From assembly GCF_048403405.1 (NCBI RefSeq), contig NZ_CP183129.1: a stretch of DNA of 64,000 bases. One strand, written 5' to 3'. The number at the start of each line of letters is the position of its first letter. Position 1 is the first letter of the stretch. Made by a program: the position numbers and the translations under genes. Source of the stretch: Escherichia coli. GTDB lineage: Bacteria; Pseudomonadota; Gammaproteobacteria; Enterobacterales; Enterobacteriaceae. Below are positions 44,317 through 55,678 of the stretch, piece after piece. The notes under the pieces were generated by a model. That model was not told the origin of the DNA, made no database searches, and was given only the letters and a program-made list of their open reading frames with translations.

Positions 44317-45297
44317 TTACTCTTCGAGCGAATACGGCAGCGGCTCGATACGCAATGTATTCGCATCGTCACGCACGCGGAAGATGCTGTCCGGTTCCAT
44401 ATCGTTATTCATAACGACCTGTACCACGACCTGACCATCTTCCAGTTTGACCGCAGCCAGCACCGTACCGGTACGACGCCAGTTCTCGCCCATTTTCAGC
44501 TCTAAGTCTTCACCGGCTTCCGGCAGTCGGCTGGCGCTACCCGTCAGCAACCAGAGCGCGCGTTTGTTGGCACCACGGAATTTAGCTCGCGCCACCATCT
44601 CTTGTCCGGTATAGCAGCCTTTTTTAAAGCTAATGCCGCCCAGCGCCTGGAGGTTGGTCGCCTGTGGGATAAACTGCCCGCTGTTGGCGGCATCAATCAC
44701 CGGGAAACCCGCTTCAATGTTTAATGCCAGCCACTGTTGGCTATTGTTCAGTTCCGCTTCACCGCGCAGTTTATCGGTCAGCATATTGGCAGTGGCTTCA
44801 TCGGTTACGATCAGGAAACGTTCTGCAGGGTGTTCAAACCATAGCAAAGTGGTCGCGCCTTCTTTAACTACCTGTTTTTCTTTCGAAGGCAGTTCACTAA
44901 AGATATTTGCCAGCGCGGCGCGCGCCTGAAAACCGGCAACACCAAGCAGCACACGCTCGTCGTCTGGCGCGATGATCACTTTAGAGAATACCGCATATTT
45001 TTTCAGTTCAGTCAGCTGCGATTCACGCACGCTGCGCCGTTCAATCCATGCAAAGCCATCGCCGTCGCGGAACAGACGTAAATTGCTCCACATTTTACCT
45101 TTGGCGTCGCAATGGGCGGCGAGCAGGTGCTGATCTTCTGTCATCTGGCTGACATCTGCTGTCACCTGACCCTGCATATATTTTTCGCTGTCCGCGCCAG
45201 TAATGGTGGCAAGCGCCCAGTCATCAAGCGTCATCAGCGTCAGCGGTAAACGGGCAGAAGCCGTAGGCTGACGGGGAGGAAAAGGTGTAAAAGCCAT
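44317..45297 (-). CDS. ygfZ: Folate-binding Fe-S cluster repair protein / tRNA-modifying protein YgfZ
   Basis: Track ORF of 326 aa, [30 protein letters not shown]..., with the conserved KGCYTGQE motif. Confidence 0.95.
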   Translation of the reverse strand: MAFTPFPPRQPTASARLPLTLMTLDDWALATITGADSEKYMQGQVTADVSQMTEDQHLLAAHCDAKGKMWSNLRLFRDGDGFAWIERRSVRESQLTELKKYAVFSKVIIAPDDERVLLGVAGFQARAALANIFSELPSKEKQVVKEGATTLLWFEHPAERFLIVTDEATANMLTDKLRGEAELNNSQQWLALNIEAGFPVIDAANSGQFIPQATNLQALGGISFKKGCYTGQEMVARAKFRGANKRALWLLTGSASRLPEAGEDLELKMGENWRRTGTVLAAVKLEDGQVVVQVVMNNDMEPDSIFRVRDDANTLRIEPLPYSLEE

Positions 45298-45527
45298 AAT
45301 AGAGTCCTGAGTTGCTTAACGGCGTATTAATCACTAATGGTAAAAGAGCTATGAGGCAATGCAAGTGCTTTCACTACGCGATCTGTGCCTTCTGCGAGGC
45401 GACTTCCAAAAAAATGAAGCCCTTGAATTGTTGTGAATTAATTTCGCGATCGCGATGGTGTTTACTGATATTCCCGCAAAAGAAGTCGAAAAACACGTTA
45501 CAATAGCGGGGTACTGGATTTTCGTGA

Positions 45528-46194
<667 letters not shown>

Positions 46195-46233
46195 AGATGA
46201 CGGCAAAGCATATGCGCTAAGCCGTCAGTGACA

Positions 46234-46755
46234 TCAGGCGTAATGCTCTGCCATTTCGTTGAGGATTTGTTCACACCAGCTCTGAATACGCTCGTCGCTA
46301 AGGTCATACTGGTTAGTTTCGTCCAGCGCCAGCCCCACGAACAGTTGCCCGTCAGCAATCACCGGTTTCGGGCTGGTAAATTCATACCCTTCCGTTGGCC
46401 AGTAGCCGACGAACTTCACGCCTTTGGTCGAGAGTTTGTCATGCAGCATACCGAGCGCATCGAGGAACCACTCGCCGTATCCCAGTTGATCGCCAAGCCC
46501 ATACAGCGCAACAATTTTACCTTCAAGGTTCAGGTCGTCGAGCTGATCCCAGACGGCTTCCCAGTCTTCCTGGATTTCACCAAAATCCCAGGTCGGGATA
46601 CCCAGAATGAGCACATCGTACTGCTCCATTAATTTCGGGGAGTCGTCCTTGAGGTTATGTAAGGTCACCAGTTCTGGGCCGATAATATCGCGGATTTTTT
46701 CTGCCGCCATTTCGGTGTAACAGGTGCTGGAACCGTAAAAAAGACCCATATTCAT
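46234..46755 (-). CDS. fldB: Flavodoxin 2
   Basis: Track ORF of 173 aa, [23 protein letters not shown]..., a long-chain flavodoxin. Confidence 0.95.
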
Positions 46756-46866
46756 AACGTAAGCTTCTCGATTCTGCTGTGGCTTTTGCGGCTAGTGTAT
46801 CAGAATCGCTTTAGTCACGGCACAATAAGGCATAATGGATCAAATGAGTGACCATAAGGGGCGCAA

Positions 46867-47763
46867 GTGAAACAGGATCTGGCACGCATCGAGCAGTTTC
46901 TTGATGCTCTGTGGCTGGAAAAAAATCTGGCTGAAAATACGTTGAACGCATACCGTCGCGATCTGTCAATGATGGTGGAGTGGTTGCATCACCGCGGGTC
47001 GACGCTGGCGACGGCGCAAAGTGACGATTTGCAGGCATTACTGGCAGAACGGCTGGAGGGCGGGTATAAAGCCACCAGCTCAGCGCGTTTGCTGAGTGCA
47101 GTGCGTCGATTGTTCCAGTATCTTTATCGCGAAAAGTTTCGTGAAGACGATCCCAGTGCGCATCTCGCTTCACCGAAATTGCCCCAGCGTTTGCCAAAAG
47201 ATTTAAGCGAAGCGCAGGTCGAACGTTTATTGCAGGCACCATTAATTGATCAGCCACTGGAGCTACGCGATAAAGCCATGCTTGAAGTGTTGTATGCTAC
47301 CGGACTGCGTGTCTCTGAACTGGTCGGGCTGACAATGAGTGATATCAGCCTGCGTCAGGGCGTAGTGCGGGTCATTGGTAAAGGCAACAAAGAGCGCCTG
47401 GTGCCGTTAGGTGAAGAGGCGGTTTACTGGCTGGAAACCTATCTGGAACATGGGCGTCCGTGGCTGCTGAATGGTGTGTCAATTGACGTGTTGTTTCCCA
47501 GCCAGCGTGCGCAGCAGATGACGCGACAGACCTTCTGGCACCGCATTAAACATTATGCCGTGCTGGCGGGTATCGACAGCGAAAAGCTGTCACCGCATGT
47601 GTTGCGTCACGCTTTTGCCACTCATTTATTAAATCATGGTGCGGATTTACGCGTGGTGCAGATGCTACTGGGCCACAGCGATCTCTCCACCACGCAAATT
47701 TATACGCATGTCGCTACCGAGCGTCTGCGGCAACTTCATCAACAGCATCACCCGCGGGCGTGA
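46867..47763 (+). CDS. xerD: Site-specific tyrosine recombinase XerD
   Basis: Track ORF of 298 aa with a GTG start, MKQDLARIEQFLDALWLEKNLAENTLNAYRRDL... It has the catalytic R..HxxR..Y tail (HVLRHAFATHLL...TQIYTHV). Confidence 0.96.
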   Translation: MKQDLARIEQFLDALWLEKNLAENTLNAYRRDLSMMVEWLHHRGSTLATAQSDDLQALLAERLEGGYKATSSARLLSAVRRLFQYLYREKFREDDPSAHLASPKLPQRLPKDLSEAQVERLLQAPLIDQPLELRDKAMLEVLYATGLRVSELVGLTMSDISLRQGVVRVIGKGNKERLVPLGEEAVYWLETYLEHGRPWLLNGVSIDVLFPSQRAQQMTRQTFWHRIKHYAVLAGIDSEKLSPHVLRHAFATHLLNHGADLRVVQMLLGHSDLSTTQIYTHVATERLRQLHQQHHPRA

Positions 47764-47787
47764 TGTCTGAAAAGAACGGGAAGATTT

Positions 47788-48498
47788 ATGAAGAAAGGTT
47801 TTATGTTGTTTACTTTGTTAGCGGCGTTTTCAGGCTTTGCTCAGGCTGATGACGCGGCAATTCAACAAACGTTAGCCAAAATGGGCATCAAAAGCAGCGA
47901 TATTCAGCCCGCGCCCGTAGCTGGCATGAAGACAGTTCTGACTAACAGCGGTGTGTTGTACATCACCGATGATGGTAAACATATCATTCAGGGGCCAATG
48001 TATGACGTTAGTGGCACAGCTCCGGTCAATGTCACCAATAAGATGCTGTTAAAGCAGTTGAATGCGCTTGAAAAAGAGATGATCGTTTATAAAGCGCCGC
48101 AGGAAAAACACGTCATCACCGTGTTTACTGATATTACCTGTGGTTACTGCCACAAACTGCATGAGCAAATGGCAGACTACAACGCACTGGGGATCACCGT
48201 GCGTTATCTTGCTTTCCCGCGCCAGGGGCTGGACAGCGATGCAGAGAAAGAAATGAAAGCTATCTGGTGTGCGAAAGATAAAAACAAAGCGTTTGATGAT
48301 GTGATGGCAGGTAAAAGCGTCGCACCAGCCAGCTGCGACGTGGATATTGCCGACCATTACGCACTTGGCGTCCAGCTTGGCGTTAGCGGTACACCGGCAG
48401 TTGTGCTGAGCAATGGCACACTTGTTCCGGGTTACCAGCCGCCGAAAGACATGAAAGAATTCCTCGACGAACACCAAAAAATGACCAGCGGTAAATAA
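47788..48498 (+). CDS. dsbC: Periplasmic disulfide isomerase DsbC
   Basis: Track ORF of 236 aa with a signal peptide and a CGYC active site. Confidence 0.96.
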   Translation: MKKGFMLFTLLAAFSGFAQADDAAIQQTLAKMGIKSSDIQPAPVAGMKTVLTNSGVLYITDDGKHIIQGPMYDVSGTAPVNVTNKMLLKQLNALEKEMIVYKAPQEKHVITVFTDITCGYCHKLHEQMADYNALGITVRYLAFPRQGLDSDAEKEMKAIWCAKDKNKAFDDVMAGKSVAPASCDVDIADHYALGVQLGVSGTPAVVLSNGTLVPGYQPPKDMKEFLDEHQKMTSGK

Positions 48499-48503
48499 TT
48501 CGC

Positions 48504-50237
48504 GTGAAACAACAGATACAACTTCGTCGCCGTGAAGTCGATGAAACGGCAGACTTGCCCGCTGAATTGCCTCCCTTGCTGCGCCGTTTATACGCCAGCC
48601 GGGGAGTACGCAGTGCGCAAGAACTGGAACGCAGTGTTAAAGGTATGTTGCCCTGGCAGCAACTGAGCGGCGTCGAAAAGGCCGTTGAGATCCTTTACAA
48701 CGCTTTTCGCGAAGGAACGCGGATTATTGTGGTCGGTGATTTCGACGCCGACGGCGCGACCAGCACGGCTCTAAGCGTGCTGGCGATGCGCTCGCTTGGT
48801 TGCAGCAATATCGACTACCTGGTACCAAACCGTTTCGAAGACGGTTACGGCTTAAGCCCGGAAGTGGTCGATCAGGCCCATGCCCGTGGCGCGCAGTTAA
48901 TTGTTACCGTGGATAACGGTATTTCCTCCCATGTGGGGGTTGAACACGCTCGCTCGTTGGGCATCCCGGTTATTGTTACCGATCACCATTTGCCGGGCGA
49001 AACATTACCCGCGGCGGAAGCGATCATTAACCCTAACTTGCGCGACTGTAATTTCCCGTCGAAATCACTGGCAGGCGTGGGTGTGGCGTTTTATCTGATG
49101 CTGGCGCTGCGCACCTTTTTGCGCGATCAGGGCTGGTTTGATGAGCGCGGCATCGCAATTCCTAATCTGGCAGAACTGCTGGATCTGGTCGCGCTGGGGA
49201 CAGTAGCGGACGTCGTGCCGCTGGACGCTAATAATCGCATTCTGACCTGGCAGGGGATGAGTCGCATCCGTGCCGGAAAGTGCCGTCCGGGGATTAAAGC
49301 GCTGCTGGAAGTGGCCAATCGCGATCCACAAAAACTCGCCGCCAGCGATTTAGGTTTTGCGCTGGGGCCACGTCTCAATGCTGCCGGGCGACTGGACGAT
49401 ATGTCCGTTGGCGTGGCGCTGTTGCTGTGCGACAACATCGGCGAAGCGCGCGTGCTGGCAAATGAACTCGATGCGCTAAACCAGACGCGAAAAGAGATCG
49501 AACAGGGAATGCAAGTTGAAGCCCTGACCTTGTGCGAGAAACTGGAGCGCAGCCGCGACACGCTACCCGGCGGGCTGGCAATGTATCACCCCGAATGGCA
49601 TCAGGGCGTTGTCGGTATTCTGGCTTCGCGCATCAAAGAGCGTTTTCACCGTCCGGTTATCGCCTTTGCGCCAGCAGGTGATGGTACGCTGAAAGGTTCC
49701 GGTCGCTCCATTCAGGGGCTGCATATGCGTGATGCGCTGGAGCGATTAGACACACTCTACCCTGGCATGATGCTGAAGTTTGGCGGTCATGCGATGGCGG
49801 CGGGTTTGTCGCTGGAAGAGGATAAATTCGAACTCTTTCAACAACGGTTTGGCGAACTGGTTACTGAGTGGCTGGACCCTTCGCTATTGCAAGGCGAAGT
49901 GGTGTCAGACGGTCCGTTAAGCCCGGCCGAAATGACCATGGAAGTGGCGCAGCTGCTGCGCGATGCTGGCCCGTGGGGGCAGATGTTCCCGGAGCCGCTT
50001 TTTGACGGTCATTTCCGTCTGCTGCAACAGCGGCTGGTGGGCGAACGTCATTTGAAAGTGATGGTCGAACCGGTCGGCGGCGGTCCACTGCTGGATGGTA
50101 TTGCTTTTAATGTCGATACCGCCCTCTGGCCGGATAACGGCGTGCGCGAAGTGCAACTGGCTTACAAGCTCGATATCAACGAGTTTCGCGGCAACCGCAG
50201 CCTGCAAATTATCATCGACAATATCTGGCCTGTCTGA
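48504..50237 (+). CDS. recJ: ssDNA-specific 5'-3' exonuclease RecJ
   Basis: Track ORF of 577 aa with a GTG start and DHH motifs (DFDADGATS, VTDHH). Confidence 0.96.
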   Translation: MKQQIQLRRREVDETADLPAELPPLLRRLYASRGVRSAQELERSVKGMLPWQQLSGVEKAVEILYNAFREGTRIIVVGDFDADGATSTALSVLAMRSLGCSNIDYLVPNRFEDGYGLSPEVVDQAHARGAQLIVTVDNGISSHVGVEHARSLGIPVIVTDHHLPGETLPAAEAIINPNLRDCNFPSKSLAGVGVAFYLMLALRTFLRDQGWFDERGIAIPNLAELLDLVALGTVADVVPLDANNRILTWQGMSRIRAGKCRPGIKALLEVANRDPQKLAASDLGFALGPRLNAAGRLDDMSVGVALLLCDNIGEARVLANELDALNQTRKEIEQGMQVEALTLCEKLERSRDTLPGGLAMYHPEWHQGVVGILASRIKERFHRPVIAFAPAGDGTLKGSGRSIQGLHMRDALERLDTLYPGMMLKFGGHAMAAGLSLEEDKFELFQQRFGELVTEWLDPSLLQGEVVSDGPLSPAEMTMEVAQLLRDAGPWGQMFPEPLFDGHFRLLQQRLVGERHLKVMVEPVGGGPLLDGIAFNVDTALWPDNGVREVQLAYKLDINEFRGNRSLQIIIDNIWPV

Positions 50238-50328
50238 CGAATTTAGTATGTATAAAATTGAGCCGGGATCCGGTACAATCCCGCTCTTATCACCGCATTT
50301 TGACTAGCTCAATAAAAGAAATCAGACC

Positions 50329-51427
50329 ATGTTTGAAATTAATCCGGTAAATAATCGCATTCAGGACCTCACGGAACGCTCCGACGTTCTTAGGGGGTAT
50401 CTTTGACTATGACGCCAAGAAAGAGCGTCTGGAAGAAGTAAACGCCGAGCTGGAACAGCCGGATGTCTGGAACGAACCCGAACGCGCACAGGCGCTGGGT
50501 AAAGAGCGTTCCTCCCTTGAAGCCGTTGTCGATACCCTCGACCAAATGAAACAGGGGCTGGAAGATGTTTCTGGTCTGCTGGAACTGGCTGTAGAAGCTG
50601 ACGACGAAGAAACCTTTAACGAAGCCGTTGCTGAACTCGACGCTCTGGAAGAAAAACTGGCGCAGCTTGAGTTCCGCCGTATGTTCTCTGGCGAATATGA
50701 CAGCGCCGACTGCTACCTCGATATTCAGGCGGGCTCTGGCGGTACGGAAGCACAGGACTGGGCGAGCATGCTTGAGCGTATGTATCTGCGCTGGGCAGAA
50801 TCGCGTGGTTTCAAAACTGAAATCATCGAAGAGTCGGAAGGTGAAGTGGCGGGTATTAAATCCGTGACGATCAAAATCTCCGGCGATTACGCTTACGGCT
50901 GGCTGCGTACAGAAACTGGCGTTCACCGCCTGGTGCGTAAGAGCCCGTTTGACTCCGGCGGTCGTCGCCACACGTCGTTCAGCTCTGCGTTTGTTTACCC
51001 GGAAGTTGATGATGATATTGATATCGAAATCAACCCGGCGGATCTGCGCATTGACGTTTATCGCGCGTCCGGCGCGGGCGGTCAGCACGTTAACCGTACC
51101 GAATCTGCGGTGCGTATTACTCACATCCCGACCGGGATCGTGACCCAGTGCCAGAACGACCGTTCCCAGCACAAGAACAAAGACCAGGCCATGAAGCAGA
51201 TGAAAGCGAAGCTTTATGAACTGGAGATGCAGAAGAAAAATGCCGAGAAACAGGCGATGGAAGATAATAAATCCGACATCGGCTGGGGCAGCCAGATTCG
51301 TTCTTATGTCCTTGATGACTCCCGCATTAAAGATCTGCGCACCGGGGTAGAAACCCGCAACACGCAGGCCGTGCTGGACGGCAGCCTGGATCAATTTATC
51401 GAAGCAAGTTTGAAAGCAGGGTTATGA
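50329..51427 (+). CDS. prfB: Peptide chain release factor 2 (requires programmed +1 frameshift)
   Basis: The first 25 codons from ATG 50329 give [25 protein letters not shown] and end at an in-frame TGA (50404-50406). The +1 frame from 50405 is continuous with track ORF 50546..51427. The join 50329..50403 plus 50405..51427 gives 365 aa. The SPF and GGQ motifs are present. Confidence 0.95.
50392..50407 (+). promoter_or_regulatory. prfB +1 frameshift cassette
   Basis: The sequence is aggggg tat ctt tga c. An internal SD-like element lies 3 nt upstream of the slippery CTT-TGA-C, exactly as in the textbook RF2 autoregulation site. Confidence 0.93.
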
Positions 51428-51436
51428 GGAACCAAC

Positions 51437-52954
51437 ATGTCTGAACAACACGCACAGGGCGCTGACGCGGTAGTCGATCTTAACAATGAACTGAAAACGC
51501 GTCGTGAGAAGCTGGCGAACCTGCGCGAGCAGGGGATTGCCTTCCCGAACGATTTCCGTCGCGATCATACCTCTGACCAATTGCACGCAGAATTCGACGG
51601 TAAAGAGAACGAAGAACTGGAAGCGCTGAACATCGAAGTCGCCGTTGCTGGCCGCATGATGACCCGCCGTATTATGGGTAAAGCGTCTTTCGTTACCCTG
51701 CAGGATGTGGGTGGCCGCATTCAGCTGTACGTTGCCCGTGACGATCTGCCGGAAGGCGTTTACAATGAGCAGTTCAAAAAATGGGACCTCGGCGACATCC
51801 TCGGCGCGAAAGGTAAACTGTTCAAAACCAAAACCGGCGAACTGTCTATCCACTGCACCGAGCTGCGTCTGCTGACCAAAGCACTGCGTCCGCTGCCGGA
51901 CAAATTCCACGGCTTGCAGGATCAGGAAGCGCGCTATCGTCAGCGTTATCTGGATCTCATCTCTAACGATGAATCCCGCAACACCTTTAAAGTGCGCTCG
52001 CAGATCCTCTCTGGTATTCGCCAGTTCATGGTGAACCGCGGCTTTATGGAAGTTGAAACGCCGATGATGCAGGTGATCCCTGGCGGTGCCGCTGCGCGTC
52101 CGTTTATCACCCACCATAACGCGCTGGATCTCGACATGTACCTGCGTATCGCGCCGGAACTGTACCTCAAGCGTCTGGTGGTTGGTGGCTTCGAGCGTGT
52201 ATTCGAAATCAACCGTAACTTCCGTAACGAAGGTATTTCCGTACGTCATAACCCAGAGTTCACCATGATGGAACTCTATATGGCTTACGCAGATTACAAA
52301 GATCTGATCGAGCTGACCGAATCGCTGTTCCGTACTCTGGCACAGGATATTCTCGGTAAGACGGAAGTGACCTACGGCGACGTAACGCTGGACTTCGGTA
52401 AACCGTTCGAAAAACTGACCATGCGTGAAGCGATCAAGAAATATCGCCCGGAAACCGACATGGCAGATCTGGACAACTTCGACTCTGCGAAAGCGATTGC
52501 TGAATCTATCGGCATCCACGTTGAGAAGAGCTGGGGTCTGGGCCGTATCGTTACCGAGATCTTCGAAGAAGTGGCAGAAGCACATCTGATTCAGCCGACC
52601 TTCATTACTGAATATCCAGCAGAAGTTTCTCCGCTGGCGCGTCGTAACGACGTTAACCCGGAAATCACAGACCGCTTTGAGTTCTTTATCGGTGGTCGTG
52701 AAATCGGTAACGGCTTTAGCGAGCTGAATGACGCGGAAGATCAGGCGCAACGCTTCCTGGATCAGGTTGCCGCGAAAGATGCAGGTGACGACGAAGCGAT
52801 GTTCTACGACGAAGATTACGTCACCGCACTGGAACATGGCTTACCGCCGACAGCAGGTCTGGGAATTGGTATCGACCGTATGGTAATGCTGTTCACCAAC
52901 AGCCATACCATCCGCGACGTTATTCTGTTCCCGGCGATGCGTCCGGTGAAATAA
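51437..52954 (+). CDS. lysS: Lysine--tRNA ligase (constitutive)
   Basis: Track ORF of 505 aa, [33 protein letters not shown]... Confidence 0.97.
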
Positions 52955-52972
52955 GCATTACGTTATGCTCAC

Positions 52973-52998
52973 AACCCCGGCAAATGTCGGGGTTTTTT
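52973..52998. terminator. Bidirectional terminator between lysS and idi
   Basis: The aaccccgg-caaatgt-cggggtt hairpin is followed by a run of six T and overlaps the idi stop codon. Confidence 0.75.
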
Positions 52999-53545
52999 AA
53001 TTGTGCTGCGCGAAAGCAGACAACAATTTTCTTGCTTCACTATTGGCTGCCTGCATCACCATCCACGGACTGAACGCCCACGGCGTGGCATCAATACCGC
53101 GTAATACATCTGCTAAATCACACCATTGATAATCCATCACTTCATCATCGTTGATCTGTAATGCACTGGTCGTGCGTGCGGCAAATACCGGACACACTTC
53201 ATTTTCCACAATGCCATTCGGATCGGTGGCGCGATAGCGAAAGTCAGGATAGATAGATTCAGGAGGCGTAATTTCCACGCCAAGCTCATAACGGCAACGG
53301 CGGATCACCGCGTCTTCGTTGCTTTCTCCCTGTTGTGGGTGCCCACAAACCGAGTTAGTCCACACGCCAGGCCATGCTTTTTTGCTCAGTGTGCGGCGGG
53401 TAACTAATAATTGCCCCTTGGCATTAAACAGCCAACTGGAGAACGCGAGATGTAAGAGGGTGTCTGCCGTGTGTGCGGCATACTTTTCCAGCGTACCCGT
53501 GGGAACTCCCTGTGCATTCAATAAAATGACGTGTTCCGTTTGCAT
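52997..53545 (-). CDS. idi: Isopentenyl-diphosphate delta-isomerase (type 1, Nudix)
   Basis: Track ORF of 182 aa, [36 protein letters not shown]... Confidence 0.95.
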   Translation of the reverse strand: MQTEHVILLNAQGVPTGTLEKYAAHTADTLLHLAFSSWLFNAKGQLLVTRRTLSKKAWPGVWTNSVCGHPQQGESNEDAVIRRCRYELGVEITPPESIYPDFRYRATDPNGIVENEVCPVFAARTTSALQINDDEVMDYQWCDLADVLRGIDATPWAFSPWMVMQAANSEARKLLSAFAQHN

Positions 53546-53667
53546 AATTTCTCACATGTAATTCTAATCACTCATCATTATAGATAATTGAAGAGTGAAA
53601 TGATTAACCAAGTGAGCGTTTATCGACAACCGCCCGTTTTGAGCGGATGTCGACAGGTAAAAACCAT

Positions 53668-53793
53668 TTAAAAAAGCAGCATCATATATTTGAAGCGACT
53701 TTCAATGGCCATTGCAACACAGTCAGAAATGACAGGAATAGAGAGAGTAAAAAGCAACAACAGACTGAATATAGCGCGCATTAAAAGATTCAT
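53668..53793 (-). CDS. yqfG: Small hydrophobic protein (41 aa)
   Basis: Short ORF not in the track, MNLLMRAIFSLLLLFTLSIPVISDCVAMAIESRFKYMMLLF. It starts 2 nt after the uacT stop. I believe it corresponds to the K-12 small protein YqfG, but that recollection is not firm. Confidence 0.5.
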   Translation of the reverse strand: MNLLMRAIFSLLLLFTLSIPVISDCVAMAIESRFKYMMLLF

Positions 53794-53794
53794 A

Positions 53795-55243
53795 TTATTC
53801 TCCATGCTCATTTTTCTTCAGCTTGCGCATCAGAAGCCACATACGTACTGTCCTGACTTTTAAATCTTTATCAGAGACGGATTCCTTCACCAGATCAGCA
53901 TGATGCTGATAGCCATTAAAGAAGACGTTCAGCACAACGGCGCTAAGGGTTGCGAGCATAATGCCGCTATGCAGCAACGGTTGCAGTACGGCCGGTAACT
54001 TAGAAAAGAAATCGTGAGAGAGCGTCGGAGTCATGCCAACGCCGAGACTGATCGCCACAATATAGAGGTTGTAACGATTGGTGGTGTAGTTACAGCGCGA
54101 CAGAATTCGAATCCCTGTCGCCAGTACCATGCCGAACATCACCAGCCCAGCACCGCCCAGCACAAATTGCGGAATGGAGGCGACCAGCACCGCCATTTTT
54201 GGCACCATGCCAAACAGGATTAATATAATTCCCGAAGAAATACACACCCAGCGGCTATGAACGCGCGTCACGCTAACCAGGCCAACGTTTTGAGAAAATG
54301 ACGTGTGGGGAAAGCTGTTAAACGTTCCGCCTATCATTGTCCCTACGCCATCGACACGCAGCCCGCGAATAATATCGTGTGAAGAGAGTTTACGACCGAC
54401 TATTTCACCCAGTGCCAGGAACATCCCCATCGACTCGATAAACACGATGATTAACACGGCAGTCATGGTCAGAATGGAAACGGGATCGAAAATCGGCATA
54501 CCAAATGACATCGGCGTGACAATCGCAAACCATGAAGCATCATGTAGCCCGGATAAATTGACTTCATTCATCATCCACGAAAGTAAAAAGCCAAATACAA
54601 TCCCCAGTAATACGGCGACGTTGGACATAAATCCTTTCGCATAGCGAGTAATGAGCAAGATAAAAATTAAGACGGCAAAGGAGATACCTAAATAAACGGG
54701 ATTACCATATTGCGGATTCCCTTTACCTCCGGCGGCCCAGTCAATACCCACCTGAATGATGCTAAGCCCGATAGAAGTAATCACAACACCGGTAACCAGT
54801 GGCGGGAATAAAGGCATCAAGCGACCGATAAGTGGCGCTAATAATGTGGTGATAAAACCCGCGGCGATAGTGGCACCGAATATCCCCAGCAGGCCGATAT
54901 CCGGGTTCATGCCAATGGCTATCATTGGTGTTACAGCGGCGAAGGTCACCGACATAATCACCGGCAGGCGGATCCCCATAAAGCGGCCGATACCGATACA
55001 TTGCAATAATGTGACGATCCCGCAGCAAAAGAGATCCGAGCTAATGAGCATCGCAATAGCTTCTTTTGAGAGGCCCAGTCGGTCACCAATCATAAGAGGA
55101 ACAGCGACTGCACCTGCGTACATGACAAGGACGTGTTGCAGACCGAGTATGATCAGCTTTCCTGGTGATAATATGCGGTCAACCTCATCAGTTGGGCGGT
55201 CTTGCCCTGAAGATGAGGGAAGTTGGGAATCTATGGCGCTCAT
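53795..55243 (-). CDS. uacT: Uric acid:H+ symporter (NCS2/NAT family)
   Basis: Track ORF 53795..55372. The ATG at 55243 gives MSAIDSQLPSSSGQDRPTDEVDRILSPGKL..., 482 aa, and matches UacT (YgfU). Confidence 0.92.
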   Translation of the reverse strand: MSAIDSQLPSSSGQDRPTDEVDRILSPGKLIILGLQHVLVMYAGAVAVPLMIGDRLGLSKEAIAMLISSDLFCCGIVTLLQCIGIGRFMGIRLPVIMSVTFAAVTPMIAIGMNPDIGLLGIFGATIAAGFITTLLAPLIGRLMPLFPPLVTGVVITSIGLSIIQVGIDWAAGGKGNPQYGNPVYLGISFAVLIFILLITRYAKGFMSNVAVLLGIVFGFLLSWMMNEVNLSGLHDASWFAIVTPMSFGMPIFDPVSILTMTAVLIIVFIESMGMFLALGEIVGRKLSSHDIIRGLRVDGVGTMIGGTFNSFPHTSFSQNVGLVSVTRVHSRWVCISSGIILILFGMVPKMAVLVASIPQFVLGGAGLVMFGMVLATGIRILSRCNYTTNRYNLYIVAISLGVGMTPTLSHDFFSKLPAVLQPLLHSGIMLATLSAVVLNVFFNGYQHHADLVKESVSDKDLKVRTVRMWLLMRKLKKNEHGE

Positions 55244-55678
55244 CAGTGTTTCTCCTTTCGCCCGCCAGAGTAAAAAGCAACCGTTTACGTTAATGAAACT
55301 GTCTAAACACATGCTCGTGGAGTGCCAGTTTTTGCGAGGAAGGGGAGTTAGAGACAGGAATTGCGGAGGCAATCACATAATCGTGGTTAAACCACGAAAA
55401 TGAGAAGAGAACCTGACAATGGAATTATCTGTAATTTTCTCATATTGATATTTCATTAATCATTCTGGCATGTCGCACTCTCGCATTTAATCGTTTTTAT
55501 CTGGATAGCGCTCTTTTGGTCGGCAATGTTGAAGTAATGAAAGCGGCACAGATTGAGGGGCAATAATTTGAACTCAGTCGCAAAATTATAATTAAATCGG
55601 CCATGCTACCTAATATATGCCCATTTATTGCATCGCGAAATTTGAGAAGACATAACTCATTAAATGAAAGGGATGCAA

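Noticed and set aside
46867-47763. Tyrosine recombinase as a possible marker of an integrated mobile element
   Set aside because: The sequence and the xerD-dsbC-recJ context identify the housekeeping chromosome-dimer resolvase XerD. No att-like repeats, phage genes or IS genes are nearby.
50390-52837. Two long ORFs (334 aa and 471 aa) antisense to prfB and lysS
   Set aside because: These are shadow ORFs of two highly expressed translation-factor genes. The sense-strand identities are unambiguous.
54756-55403. 215-aa ORF antisense to the 5' part of uacT
   Set aside because: It lies opposite a polytopic transporter gene. The Pro/Ile/Ser-rich translation has no domain features.
55470-55492. 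Possible sigma-54 promoter (tggcatgtcgcactctcgca) upstream of ygfT
   Set aside because: The spacing between the GG and GC elements does not fit the TGGCAC-N5-TTGCA consensus.
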